This document shows, piece by piece, positions 21,975 to 34,900 of a stretch of 64,000 nt of DNA. Origin of the DNA: Perkinsela sp. CCAP 1560/9. Lineage: Eukaryota; Protista; Euglenozoa: Kinetoplastea. The stretch lies in contig CBFFSA010000015.1 in NCBI GenBank assembly GCA_965644495.1, forward strand, positions 1 to 64,000. Direction: 5' to 3'. The translations under genes were made by a program, and so were the position numbers. Positions within the stretch are counted from its first letter, which is position 1. Every line of letters begins with the position of its first letter. A model generated the notes under the pieces. It had not been told where the DNA came from, did not search any database, and was given only the letters and a program-made list of their open reading frames with translations.

Positions 21975-23752
21975 TATTCCATTGTATCCCACTACACGCC
22001 GTTTATGGCGCAAATTGTGAAAAAACTCCCAGACATAATTCGAATCAGTGTGAAATAAACAAACGCAAGATTTTTCAGGTAATTTACCCAGAGCCAAATA
22101 AAAAGATTGAAGTTCTGCTCTCTCAATTGTCGTAACTTCTAGCGGTATTGAGCATCTAATTGGTTCTTTTTTCGGAGGTATGATCACAATCCCTGCACCA
22201 CTGCGAATTTCTTGAGATTGTATCATACTCTTTATAGAACCGTCAGTATATATTTGCATAGCTTTTAAAGTGGGGAAGGTTTCTTCTGATTCTTCAATAA
22301 ATTGAAAATCATGTAGGTCCTTAAGCTTTTTCGCTTTCGAAAATGCTGTTTTCCATTTTGGTGTCCCAGATTTTACGTAACTTATAGATGGTTCCAAGTT
22401 TTCCAGAAGTTGCTCTGTAAGTTTAAACCAATGCTCGCGGTCCGTGGCATAGATTAACGCCTGCTCTATTGTAATGCCCATATCTTTAATGCAAGCCTCG
22501 CTTGGAGAAGGTAATCTCGCATTACTACGTGCTTTCCACTGAATTAATTCGCGGAAGTAGGAGGAATGACGAATCATATGCCCCATGAGTTTTGCCCGTT
22601 GTACCTTATGTGTTGTAGAAAACTTTGCAGTATTAATATTGAGGGAGGCGTTGGGATAACAAACACCATATTCATCAACTTTGTTCGAGCGGGAAATAAT
22701 TCTTCGCATCGTGTTCACCTCAATATCAATTTTACGAAGCAACTTTTGTGAAATATGAAGTGCCCCCATACCAAAATTCAAAACTGGGTAAACTAAGGCG
22801 TTGTAAAGGCGAAGCTAAGTAAGGGCGGAGGTGGCGGAGTGGGCGGAGGTGGCGGAGTGGCAAGAATTCAAAGTTTGAAGCACATGGTGCTCAGATGGCG
22901 AGTTCAAACCCGCTCATCGCAATATTCCTGGCGGCCTCACTCTAAGAGGCTGGGCTGAGAACCGACTAGGCCCAGTACTCGGAGGACCGTCCCGGACCCT
23001 CCCCTCAGGGAACCAGCTCCTTTACCCGGCTTACACCTCTTGGGCAAGCCGTGTTGACGTACAATTCGTCGACGCAGCGTGTTGGCAACATCACGTTGGT
23101 GCCGCCTTGGACAAGCGGAAACTGGTAGAGGACGTCGGCCTCGGAACCTCCAAATCTGTCTGTGAAGGGTCTGTCTTGCCAGTGACCATCCGGAGCAATC
23201 CGGAGTGATTTGGATTGGATTTGGAAAGACGAAGCTTCATTTCAGCAGTAAGGGGAGAAGACAATATTCCATTCAAACGATGAAGTGACCCCCATGCAAG
23301 TTTTAAGCGACCCTTTACTGTAGAAGAAAAATCTTGGTCTTGTCGTTGCCCTAGATACCTATATGAATGCACTTTCGGTACTTCCAAGTTGCCGTTAATG
23401 ATGGTGTTGTTGTCGGAACGCGTAACTTTACCAAAAGACATCCAAGCTGTTTTGGATTGACCAACCGCAAGTCGTAGATTAGCTTTCTCTGCTTCTCGAG
23501 AAATGCTGGTTATCATTTTTTGCAACCTTTCTCGCGAATCACTGAAGAGTGCTACGTCGTCGGCATAATCGATATCACTTAACCATTTTTCGTGGAGGCC
23601 TCTCTTTCTTGTCCCACTAGAGTTCAGAAGAACGCCGTCCGATCCGTCATCGAGAGCCTTGTTTAGAATCCTGTCCATCACCATAACAAATAAATAGGGA
23701 GCTAGAACATCCCCTTGTAGGATCCCTGTGGTAATTGTGCCCTTCAAATCTC
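21975..23752 (-). mobile_element. Third RTE-like LINE fragment (RT C-half plus RNase H N-half), interrupted by SINE-B
   Basis: GILQGDVLAPYLF, YADD, YRYLG; IYTDGS, ERAELQS, FHTDSNYVWEFF; frame AEMKLRL|YNALVYPV spans the SINE. Confidence 0.85.
22826..23225 (+). mobile_element. SINE-B full copy
   Basis: Duplicated head, (TTGGA)n tail, imperfect 12-bp TSD AAAGGCGAAGCT / AAAGACGAAGCT. Confidence 0.85.
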
Positions 23753-23754
23753 TA

Positions 23755-24658
23755 TTTTCTTTTTTAGGCTCTTCGTTAAACGCGGTGGTTGTTTTCAACT
23801 TAGAAGTCACTCATGCTGCGCGCTTCGCGTTGAAAACTACCGCCGCGTTTAACGAAGAGCCTAAAAAAGAAAATTTAGCCTGGAAAACGGAAAGATTATA
23901 GCCAAAAATTGCCGAATTTCGGGTAAAAATGGGGTAATTTTCGCGTATTTTTGCTCTCAGAGCACTAAATCCGACATTTGCGCGTGGGAAATCACTCGTA
24001 GGCATGAATGAAAGCCTACCGAACGTATTGGGTAGAGAATACGACTCCAACCATACCATTCTTTCGACACAAAAATGCCCCTTTAGGTCCGAAAAATACT
24101 TTTTCACCTTTTTTAGTCAAAAATGGGTCATTTTGGGGTGCGCACCACAGTTCGAAGAAGTGATACCTTGCGAAAACAACTGCGTAGAAAGCTAGTGTAG
24201 GCCCCAAACAATCAATATACAATAGGGGAAACGATTTTGGAATAATATTTTTTTTGTCATTTTTTTCGCCAAGTTGAAATTTTTTTCAAAAAAAATTTTC
24301 TGAAAAAATTCGAACTTGGCGGACCCGTCCTGCGGATACGCGGGGGGGTCACCCCCGGGTAGGGGGGTGGAAAATGCGCGCCAAGACCCCGGCTACCCTT
24401 TCTGCGGTTTTTTTTCGAAAACTAATTTTTTCGAAAAAATTTGCTCGACCATGCCCCCCCCCCTGGACCTCCCCCCTGGACCCCCCCCATGGACCCACCA
24501 TTTTTTTCAATTTTTTTTTTCAGTTTTGGACCACCGGAGCCCCCTTTTATATTTTTTTCTTCTATTATATTACTGTGTTCCCCTTTATATTTTCACTGTT
24601 TTTGTTCACTTTTTTTTCAATAATCGAGTGTAGAGCGGTAGTTTTACAACCACCGCAA
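23755..24658 (-). mobile_element. Element E, complete (second near-identical copy at 29082-29985)
   Basis: Both termini present; flanked by A and T on the element strand. Confidence 0.8.
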
Positions 24659-24661
24659 TCT

Positions 24662-25000
24662 ATCGCCTACTCGGAAAGCAGTTAGTCAGGCTTTTATGGC
24701 GGCGAAAGATACAGAGGGGAAAGATTTAGAGAAATCTACAAAGGCTACCGTAATTCCATCCTTTCGAAAAGCCTTGGTTTTAATCTCATTCATAATAATT
24801 TGGGCGCCAGCTGTACATCTGTTTGGCCGAAAACCATACTGATTACCACGTAAGAAACCTTCTACGCTTGGCCGAATGCGTGATAGAATCATGTAATTCA
24901 TCACCTTGACAACGCTGTTCACGACGCATATTGGCCTACAGTTCGAAATATCAGTGAGATTTCCTTTCTTGGGTATGGGTATCTTTAGTATCACTCTCCA
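24662..25000 (-). pseudogene. RTE-like RT N-half fragment (copy at 29989-30327)
   Basis: PIPKKGNLTDISNCRPIC, QYGFRPNR, FVDFSKSF. Confidence 0.85.
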
Positions 25001-25661
25001 AGTGACACATTTTTGGTTTGCACGCTGTGACAACGCTTTTAAAAGGTGTTTCGTGTCGTTGTGTAACACACCGCAGTCTGTCACGGCAATGCAACGAAAA
25101 GAGTCACTGTCCACGCCTTTCTCTGTCACGTGCTTCTTGAACTTTCTATCTTGGGCTTGTTGCAACAAATAACTGGTTGTTTGCTGTGCATAACTGCTGC
25201 AACAGTGTGAACTACAGTAAAATCATAGAGGACTTCTCCCATGTGAGGCCACATGATGGCGATGTCTGGGCCGGGTCGAATTCGTCTAGCTTTGCATAGA
25301 TGTTGGTCGGCAACCTCCGCAGAGATCAAGCACTTGCATTTCGTACAATAGAAAGAAGAATGTATACGGGGTTCGATAACACACCATAGTCCTGCTTTTG
25401 AGCACAAATCTGCGAGGTAACGAACGATGTTGGAGTGCTTAAAAGTGAAATTCATATAGGAGCATCTGGAGCATCCCTCGATGTGTGGAATAATGCTGAA
25501 TGAAGTTTCCTGACCACAGAATCCCGGGCATACTATGTTTAACGGCGCCATCGGCAGACTTACCCCCAGTCGCATCATCATCGTGTAGCGAAAAAGATAT
25601 GGATTGACGTAGTTATTTGTGCTTTCTAAGTGTACATTTGCCTCTTTGCTTCGATTAATAA
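25001..25661 (-). pseudogene. CRE/R2-like RLE retrotransposon C-terminal fragment: CCHC knuckle plus PD..D endonuclease (copy at 30328-30988)
   Basis: CPGFCG..HIEGC, KHSNIV, IEPR, PGPDIAI, YDFTVVH; frameshifted. Confidence 0.7.
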
Positions 25662-26359
25662 TTTTCTTTTTTAGGCTCTTCGTTAAACGCGGTGGTTGTT
25701 TTCAACTTAGAAGTCACTCATGCTGCGCGCTTCGCGTTGAAAACTACCGCCGCGTTTAACGAAGAGCCTAAAAAAGAAAATTTAGCCTGGAAAACGGAAA
25801 GATTATAGCCAAAAATTGCCGAATTTCGGGTAAAAATGGGGTAATTTTCGCGTATTTTTGCTCTCAGAGCACTAAATCCGACATTTGCGCGTGGGAAATC
25901 ACTCGTAGGCATGAATGAAAGCCTACCGAACGTATTGGGTAGAGAATACGACTCCAACCATACCATTCTTTCGACCCAAAAATGCCCCTTTAGGTCCGAA
26001 AAATACTTTTTCACCATTTTTAGTCAAAAGTGGGTCATTTTGAGGGGCGCACCACAGTTTGAAGAAGGGATACCTTGCGAAAACAACTGCGGAGAAAGCT
26101 AGTGTAGGTCCCAAACTATCAAAATACAATAGGGGAAACGATTTTGGAAAAATATTTTTTTTGTCATTTTTTTCGCCAAGTTGAAATTTTTTGCAAAATT
26201 TTTTTTCCGAAAAAATCCCAACTTGGCGGACCCGTTCTGCGGATACGCGGGGGGGTCACCCCCGGGTAGGGGGGTGGAAAATGCGCGCCAAGACCCCGGC
26301 TACCCTTTCTGCGGTTTTTTTTCGAAAACTAATTTTTTCGAAAAAAATTGCTCGACCAT

Positions 26360-28400
26360 GACCCCCCCAAAGAAATCTTTAACAATGTTAAGAGTTTCCC
26401 TTGTCGACGAGGTCTGGATGCAAAGAGTTTCCCTGTACAAACGGCAAATTCTACGTAGCGTACGCCACGGATTAGAACGGTTTCGCCGCAGACCTGCTTC
26501 AATTTCGGCGCTTTCTTGCCCAATCTGCGCCTCAATTTCTTCTCCGTGCTCTTTTAGCACTTCCTTGAAGTGGTCCGGTTTTCGACTCTGAAGAAATAAG
26601 TCGCGAAACCCTGAGATGCGCGGTGTTTCTGTACCCGGTGGTGCGGTTTCTGTCCCTGTAGGTGCGTTGGTCGTTTTTGGGGTTTGGTCCTTTTTTGAGA
26701 GTCTTTTCGCTGCGTGCACCATATTTTCCGATAAGTGTTCCCATGTGATCTCTTCCTCTTTCTTCGCCATTTCCCACACTGCTTGCTGGAAGGATGCCTT
26801 CTTCTCTTCATCTCCAAGTCTTGGGCAGGGTACCTTGCTTTGCCCCCCTGTACCTTTAGAACGCCACTTGATTTTCACATCAGCCATAACGACGCAGTGT
26901 ACTGTAGGCACTGGCGCCTTGAGTACTTTGTGCCTCCTAATGCTGGAGGCAAAGCGCTCACTAACCATGATGTGGTCAAGCTGTCTCCGCACCTTGTTGT
27001 CCCCACGCCTTTTGCTACCTCCCTTGTTGCCGATCTCTCCTTTTACATGTATGTACTCGCAGGCCTTGTCCCCATTTTCCTCACCTTCCCTGCCCCTCTT
27101 CACAATACCGTTGTTATCCGTCCCCTCTGGCTCTGATCCTTTCCTTCCCATTTCCACCTTTCCTTCTTCCCCCTTCTGCCCCAACTTCTCTGTTCCTACG
27201 TTGCGACGGTCCTTTGTCTCCGCCCCCCTGCCCGGCAACTCACATGTCCATTTCCTCTTGCTCGGGCAGAGGGTGTGTGCTTACTTGCAGCTAATGGAGC
27301 ACAAGAGGCCTTTCAGCTGAGAGACCGCTGGGGGATCCATGCTCGGATTTGTCACGAGCGTTATCGGTGCATTGAAATCCCCCATGAACAATAAAGGTCT
27401 GCGTTTCCGTTCAGCCTTGACCTCACGACACGCCTTGTCAAAGTCACCCATAAATGCCGCATGAACGGCTTCTGAGGAGTCCCTTATGGGGGCATAGGCA
27501 TTGAACAAAGTGCCAGTACCCTCCTCCAGGGGATACTCAGCTCCCATCACCCTGTTGCTCACCATCCAAACCTTCCGAAACGCATGCCGGCTCACTATGG
27601 CCATGCCATTATATGAATCGCGTGCGGCGGCCGACTGCAAATACAGGTGAAACCTATCCCCTAGGTTTTCAACCTGCCTGTAGAGGATTCCATCCTCATG
27701 TTCTTCCTTCGAGAAATTATATTTTGCCTCCTTTAGGCACATAACAACAACCCACCTTACCTGCATGAAAGCAAGCACCTCGTTCAAACGGGTGCATCTT
27801 CGAAGAGAGAATTCATCTTCCCCCTCGAGTTTTAACGTCGTAACGTTAAGCGTTGCAAAGGTTGTGTTCTCCTTCACAGCGGAACCTTTGAGGTTCTCCG
27901 AATCTCGTTGGGCGTGTGTGCCACGCGACGCCCAGTGTGACCGAGGGCGGTGACGGGAGCTCCTTCGTTTTGCCTTTTCCGGGTTACTCACCTGCACCGC
28001 GCAGAGCACGACACCTGTATTCGGTAAGGAGGGAAAGGGGAGAGTCGTGTGCGGCCTCTCCACGTACGGAACACGAAATGTACCGGCCAAAGGTTCCTCG
28101 AGTTACCGAGGATCCCCCCTGAGTATGCCAGCCTACGCTTTTAAGATAAGACGGCCCCTCACACACGACCTCGCCCTCCCAAACAAACAGAGTCTCGCAA
28201 CAGTTGTAGTGTCTCCACGCGACGCGAAGATGAGCCCCAACGCGGACAAACTTACAGAGCGCTCGCACCGCCCTCTGGCGGAGTTTAGCTGGCCCCTCTC
28301 GCTCGGGTGAACGAAAGATGACCCCCCGACTACGCTTGGTGCGTGTAAGGGTTTCAAAAGCCTCTGTCCCCTTACACGTGCCGGAAGCATCCGCCATGTT
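26360..28400 (-). pseudogene. 5' part of a LINE: structured leader plus disrupted APE endonuclease and linker; present in all six B units (also ~31687-33727, 35107-37147, 38527-40567, 41947-43987, 45367-47407)
   Basis: FATLNVTTL, MCLKEAK, FNAYAP, FMGDFNA, QLDHIMV, PTVH; split over ORFs 27281..28090 and 26300..27238. Confidence 0.85.
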
Positions 28401-28412
28401 TTTATAATTAGA

Positions 28413-28510
28413 TTACAAAAAACGATGGTCTTACAAAAAACGATGGTCTTACAAAAAACGATGGTCTTACAAAAGACGATGGTCTTACAAAAAACGAGGG
28501 TCTTACAAAA
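28413..28510. repeat. Five tandem 18-bp repeats TTACAAAAAACGATGGTC (in every B unit)
   Basis: Direct reading; no spacers between repeats. Confidence 0.95.
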
Positions 28511-28924
28511 GAAGAAGAAGAAGACACGGAGGGCTCTGCAGCGCCAACCGTTAGAGTCTCAGGTCACCGACCTTCATCGTCTTGCTTCCCCCTTCCCAGA
28601 CGGCACTCGACGCCTTGCGGCCCGAGCACGGCTACCCAACCGTAGCTACCAGTACGGGCGTCCACCCCGTTGCATCGTGTAGGCTGTGTCTCAAGCCTTC
28701 TTTGCGTAAGCGGCTCGCAATTTAGCGGCTGCGCTGGAGCCTGGTTCAGCTCGGCAGTTCTGGGTCGGGTACTCCAGGGGAGCGGGGTTGGGTGTGGGCC
28801 TTGAAGGCACTCCTGATCGCTTTCCCTTGTAGTGAGGCCGCCAGGTTGCGAGTTTTGTCGATAGCGGGAATCGAACCAACAACCTGCAGGTTGTAAGGCC
28901 CACCGTCTACCAACCACGCCCGCA
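28510..28924 (-). mobile_element. SINE-A in B unit (also 33837-34251, 37257-37671, 40677-41091, 44097-44511, 47517-47931)
   Basis: Reverse complement of SINE-A with (GAA)n on the plus strand. Confidence 0.9.
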
Positions 28925-31900
28925 GTTTCCTGACCACAGAATCCCGGGCATACTATGTTTAACGGCGCCATCGGCAGACTTACCCCCAGTCGCATCATCA
29001 TCGTGTAGCGAAAAAGATATGGATTGACGTAGTTATTTGTGCTTTCTAAGTGTACATTTGCCTCTTTGCTTCGATTAATAATTTTCTTTTTTAGGCTCTT
29101 CGTTAAACGCGGTGGTTGTTTTCAACTTAGAAGTCACTCATGCTGCGCGCTTCGCGTTGAAAACTACCGCCGCGTTTAACGAAGAGCCTAAAAAAGAAAA
29201 TTTAGCCTGGAAAACGGAAAGATTATAGCCAAAAATTGCCGAATTTCGGGTAAAAATGGGGTAATTTTCGCGTATTTTTGCTCTCAGAGCACTAAATCCG
29301 ACATTTGCGCGTGGGAAATCACTCGTAGGCATGAATGAAAGCCTACCGAACGTATTGGGTAGAGAATACGACTCCAACCATACCATTCTTTCGACACAAA
29401 AATGCCCCTTTAGGTCCGAAAAATACTTTTTCACCTTTTTTAGTCAAAAATGGGTCATTTTGGGGTGCGCACCACAGTTCGAAGAAGTGATACCTTGCGA
29501 AAACAACTGCGTAGAAAGCTAGTGTAGGTCCCAAACTATCAAAATACAATAGGGGAAACGATTTTGGAAAAATATTTTTTTTGTCATTTTTTTCGCCAAG
29601 TTGAAATTTTTTTCAAAAAAAATTTTCTGAAAAAATTCGAACTTGGCGGACCCGTCCTGCGGATACGCGGGGGGGTCACCCCCGGGTAGGGGGGTGGAAA
29701 ATGCGCGCCAAGACCCCGGCTACCCTTTCTGCGGTTTTTTTTCGAAAACTAATTTTTTCGAAAAAATTTGCTCGACCATGCCCCCCCCCCTGGACCTCCC
29801 CCCTGGACCCCCCCCATGGACCCACCATTTTTTTCAATTTTTTTTTTCAGTTTTGGACCACCGGAGCCCCCTTTTATATTTTTTTCTTCTATTATATTAC
29901 TGTGTTCCCCTTTATATTTTCACTGTTTTTGTTCACTTTTTTTTCAATAATCGAGTGTAGAGCGGTAGTTTTACAACCACCGCAATCTATCGCCTACTCG
30001 GAAAGCAGTTAGTCAGGCTTTTATGGCGGCGAAAGATACAGAGGGGAAAGATTTAGAGAAATCTACAAAGGCTACCGTAATTCCATCCTTTCGAAAAGCC
30101 TTGGTTTTAATCTCATTCATAATAATTTGGGCGCCAGCTGTACATCTGTTTGGCCGAAAACCATACTGATTACCACGTAAGAAACCTTCTACGCTTGGCC
30201 GAATGCGTGATAGAATCATGTAATTCATCACCTTGACAACGCTGTTCACGACGCATATTGGCCTACAGTTCGAAATATCAGTGAGATTTCCTTTCTTGGG
30301 TATGGGTATCTTTAGTATCACTCTCCAAGTGACACATTTTTGGTTTGCACGCTGTGACAACGCTTTTAAAAGGTGTTTCGTGTCGTTGTGTAACACACCG
30401 CAGTCTGTCACGGCAATGCAACGAAAAGAGTCACTGTCCACGCCTTTCTCTGTCACGTGCTTCTTGAACTTTCTATCTTGGGCTTGTTGCAACAAATAAC
30501 TGGTTGTTTGCTGTGCATAACTGCTGCAACAGTGTGAACTACAGTAAAATCATAGAGGACTTCTCCCATGTGAGGCCACATGATGGCGATGTCTGGGCCG
30601 GGTCGAATTCGTCTAGCTTTGCATAGATGTTGGTCGGCAACCTCCGCAGAGATCAAGCACTTGCATTTCGTACAATAGAAAGAAGAATGTATACGGGGTT
30701 CGATAACACACCATAGTCCTGCTTTTGAGCACAAATCTGCGAGGTAACGAACGATGTTGGAGTGCTTAAAAGTGAAATTCATATAGGAGCATCTGGAGCA
30801 TCCCTCGATGTGTGGAATAATGCTGAATGAAGTTTCCTGACCACAGAATCCCGGGCATACTATGTTTAACGGCGCCATCGGCAGACTTACCCCCAGTCGC
30901 ATCATCATCGTGTAGCGAAAAAGATATGGATTGACGTAGTTATTTGTGCTTTCTAAGTGTACATTTGCCTCTTTGCTTCGATTAATAATTTTCTTTTTTA
31001 GGCTCTTCGTTAAACGCGGTGGTTGTTTTCAACTTAGAAGTCACTCATGCTGCGCGCTTCGCGTTGAAAACTACCGCCGCGTTTAACGAAGAGCCTAAAA
31101 AAGAAAATTTAGCCTGGAAAACGGAAAGATTATAGCCAAAAATTGCCGAATTTCGGGTAAAAATGGGGTAATTTTCGCGTATTTTTGCTCTCAGAGCACT
31201 AAATCCGACATTTGCGCGTGGGAAATCACTCGTAGGCATGAATGAAAGCCTACCGAACGTATTGGGTAGAGAATACGACTCCAACCATACCATTCTTTCG
31301 ACCCAAAAATGCCCCTTTAGGTCCGAAAAATACTTTTTCACCATTTTTAGTCAAAAGTGGGTCATTTTGAGGGGCGCACCACAGTTTGAAGAAGGGATAC
31401 CTTGCGAAAACAACTGCGGAGAAAGCTAGTGTAGGTCCCAAACTATCAAAATACAATAGGGGAAACGATTTTGGAAAAATATTTTTTTTGTCATTTTTTT
31501 CGCCAAGTTGAAATTTTTTGCAAAATTTTTTTTCCGAAAAAATCCCAACTTGGCGGACCCGTTCTGCGGATACGCGGGGGGGTCACCCCCGGGTAGGGGG
31601 GTGGAAAATGCGCGCCAAGACCCCGGCTACCCTTTCTGCGGTTTTTTTTCGAAAACTAATTTTTTCGAAAAAAATTGCTCGACCATGACCCCCCCAAAGA
31701 AATCTTTAACAATGTTAAGAGTTTCCCTTGTCGACGAGGTCTGGATGCAAAGAGTTTCCCTGTACAAACGGCAAATTCTACGTAGCGTACGCCACGGATT
31801 AGAACGGTTTCGCCGCAGACCTGCTTCAATTTCGGCGCTTTCTTGCCCAATCTGCGCCTCAATTTCTTCTCCGTGCTCTTTTAGCACTTCCTTGAAGTGG

Positions 31901-34900
31901 TCCGGTTTTCGACTCTGAAGAAATAAGTCGCGAAACCCTGAGATGCGCGGTGTTTCTGTACCCGGTGGTGCGGTTTCTGTCCCTGTAGGTGCGTTGGTCG
32001 TTTTTGGGGTTTGGTCCTTTTTTGAGAGTCTTTTCGCTGCGTGCACCATATTTTCCGATAAGTGTTCCCATGTGATCTCTTCCTCTTTCTTCGCCATTTC
32101 CCACACTGCTTGCTGGAAGGATGCCTTCTTCTCTTCATCTCCAAGTCTTGGGCAGGGTACCTTGCTTTGCCCCCCTGTACCTTTAGAACGCCACTTGATT
32201 TTCACATCCGCCATAACGACGCAGTGTACTGTAGGCACTGGCGCCTTGAGTACTTTGTTCCTCCTAATGCTGGAGGCAAAGCGCTCACTAACCATGATGT
32301 GGTCAAGCTGTCTCCGCACCTTGTTGTCCCCACGCCTTTTGCTACCTCCCTTGTTGCCGATCTCTCCTTTTACATGTATGTACCCGCAGGCCTTGTCCCC
32401 ATTTTCCTCACCTTCCCTGCCCCTCTTCACAATACCGTTGTTATCCGTCCCCTCTGGCTCTGATCCTTTCCTTCCCATTTCCACCTTTCCTTCTTCCCCC
32501 TTCTGCCCCAACTTCTCTGTTCCTACGTTGCGACGGTCCTTTGTCTCCGCCCCCCTGCCCGGCAACTCACATGTCCATTTCCTCTTGCTCGGGCAGAGGG
32601 TGTGTGCTTACTTGCAGCTAATGGAGCACAAGAGGCCTTTCAGCTGAGAGACCGCTGGGGGATCCATGCTCGGATTTGTCACGAGCGTTATCGGTGCATT
32701 GAAATCCCCCATGAACAATAAAGGTCTGCGTTTCCGTTCAGCCTTGACCTCACGACACGCCTTGTCAAAGTCACCCATAAATGCCGCATGAACGGCTTCT
32801 GAGGAGTCCCTTATGGGGGCATAGGCATTGAACAAAGTGCCAGTACCCTCCTCCAGGGGATACTCAGCTCCCATCACCCTGTTGCTCACCATCCAAACCT
32901 TCCGAAACGCATGCCGGCTCACTATGGCCATGCCATTATATGAATCGCGTGCGGCGGCCGACTGCAAATACAGGTGAAACCTATCCCCTAGGTTTTCAAC
33001 CTGCCTGTAGAGGATTCCATCCTCATGTTCTTCCTTCGAGAAATTATATCTTGCCTCCTTTAGGCACATGACAACAACCCACCTTACCTGCATGAAAGCA
33101 AGCACCTCGTTCAAACGGGTGCATCTTCGAATAGAGAATTCATCTTCCCCCTCGAGTTTTAACGTCGTAACGTTAAGCGTTGCAAAGGTTGTGTTCTCCT
33201 TCACAGCGGAACCTTTGAGGTTCTCCGAATCTCGTTGGGCGTGTGTGCCACGCGACGCCCAGTGTGACCGAGGGCGGTGACGGGAGCTCCTTCGTTTTGC
33301 CTTTTCCGGGTTACTCACCTGCACCGCGCAGAGCACGACACCTGTATTCGGTAAGGAGGGAAAGGGGAGAGTCGTGTGCGGCCTCTCCACGTACGGAACA
33401 CGAAATGTACCGGCCAAAGGTTCCTCGAGTTACCGAGGATCCCCCCTGAGTATGCCAGCCTACGCTTTTAAGATAAGACGGCCCCTCACACACGACCTCG
33501 CCCTCCCAAACAAACAGAGTCTCGCAACAGTTGTAGTGTCTCCACGCGACGCGAAGATGAGCCCCAACGCGGACAAACTTACAGAGCGCTCGCACCGCCC
33601 TCTGGCGGAGTTTAGCTGGCCCCTCTCGCTCGGGTGAACGAAAGATGACCCCCAGACTACGCTTGGTGCGCGTAAGGGTTTCAAAAGCCTCTGTCCCCTT
33701 ACACGTGCCGGAAGCATCCGCCATGTTTTTATAATTAGATTACAAAAAACGATGGTCTTACAAAAAACGATGGTCTTACAAAAAACGATGGTCTTACAAA
33801 AGACGATGGTCTTACAAAAAACGAGGGTCTTACAAAAGAAGAAGAAGAAGATACGGAGGGCTCTGCAGCGCCAACCGTTAGAGTCTCAGGTCACCGACCT
33901 TCATCGTCTTGCTTCCCCCTTCCCAGACGGCACTCGACGCCTTGCGGCCCGAGCACGGCTACCCAACCGTAGCTACCAGTACGGGCGTCCACCCCGTTGC
34001 ATCGTGTAGGCTGTGTCTCAAGCCTTCTTTGCGTAAGCGGCTCGCAATTTAGCGGCTGCGCTGGAGCCTGGTTCAGCTCGGCAGTTCTGGGTCGGGTACT
34101 CCAGGGGAGCGGGGTTGGGTGTGGGCCTTGAAGGCACTCCTGATCGCTTTCCCTTGTAGTGAGGCCGCCAGGTTGCGAGTTTTGTCGATAGCGGGAATCG
34201 AACCAACAACCTGCAGGTTGTAAGGCCCACCGTCTACCAACCACGCCCGCAGTTTCCTGACCACAGAATCCCGGGCATACTATGTTTAACGGCGCCATCG
34301 GCAGACTTACCCCCAGTCGCATCATCATCGTGTAGCGAAAAAGATATGGATTGACGTAGTTATTTGTGCTTTCTAAGTGTACATTTGCCTCTTTGCTTCG
34401 ATTAATAATTTTCTTTTTTAGGCTCTTCGTTAAACGAGGTGGTTGTTTTCAACTTAGAATTCACTCATGCTGCGCGCTTCGCGTTGAAAACTACAGCCGC
34501 GTTTAACGAAGAGCCTAAAAAAGAAAATTTAGCCTGGAAAACGGAAAGATTATAGCCAAAAATTGCCGAATTTCGGGTAAAAATGGGGTGATTTTCGCAT
34601 ATTTTTGCTCTCAGAGCACTAAATCCGACATTTGCGCGTGGGAAATCACTCGTAGGCATGAATGAAAGCCTACCGAACGTATTGGGTAGAGAATACGACT
34701 CCAACCATACCATTCTTTCGACCCAAAAATGCCCCTTTAGGTCCGAAAAATACTTTTTCACCATTTTTAGTCAAAAGTGGGTCATTTTGAGGGGCGCACC
34801 ACAGTTTGAAGAAGGGATACCTTGCGAAAACAACTGCGGAGAAAGCTAGTGTAGGTCCCAAACTATCAAAATACAATAGGGGAAACGATTTTGGAAAAAT

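Noticed and set aside
28040-28400. Twister, hammerhead or HDV ribozyme in the LINE leader
   Set aside because: Only partial resemblance: no CUGANGA core, no complete P1 for an HDV fold, and no twister L1 GAG
28413-28510. 18-bp repeats as a CRISPR array or an MVLQKT repeat protein
   Set aside because: No spacers, no cas genes and a eukaryotic context; the ORF is a by-product of the 18-bp period
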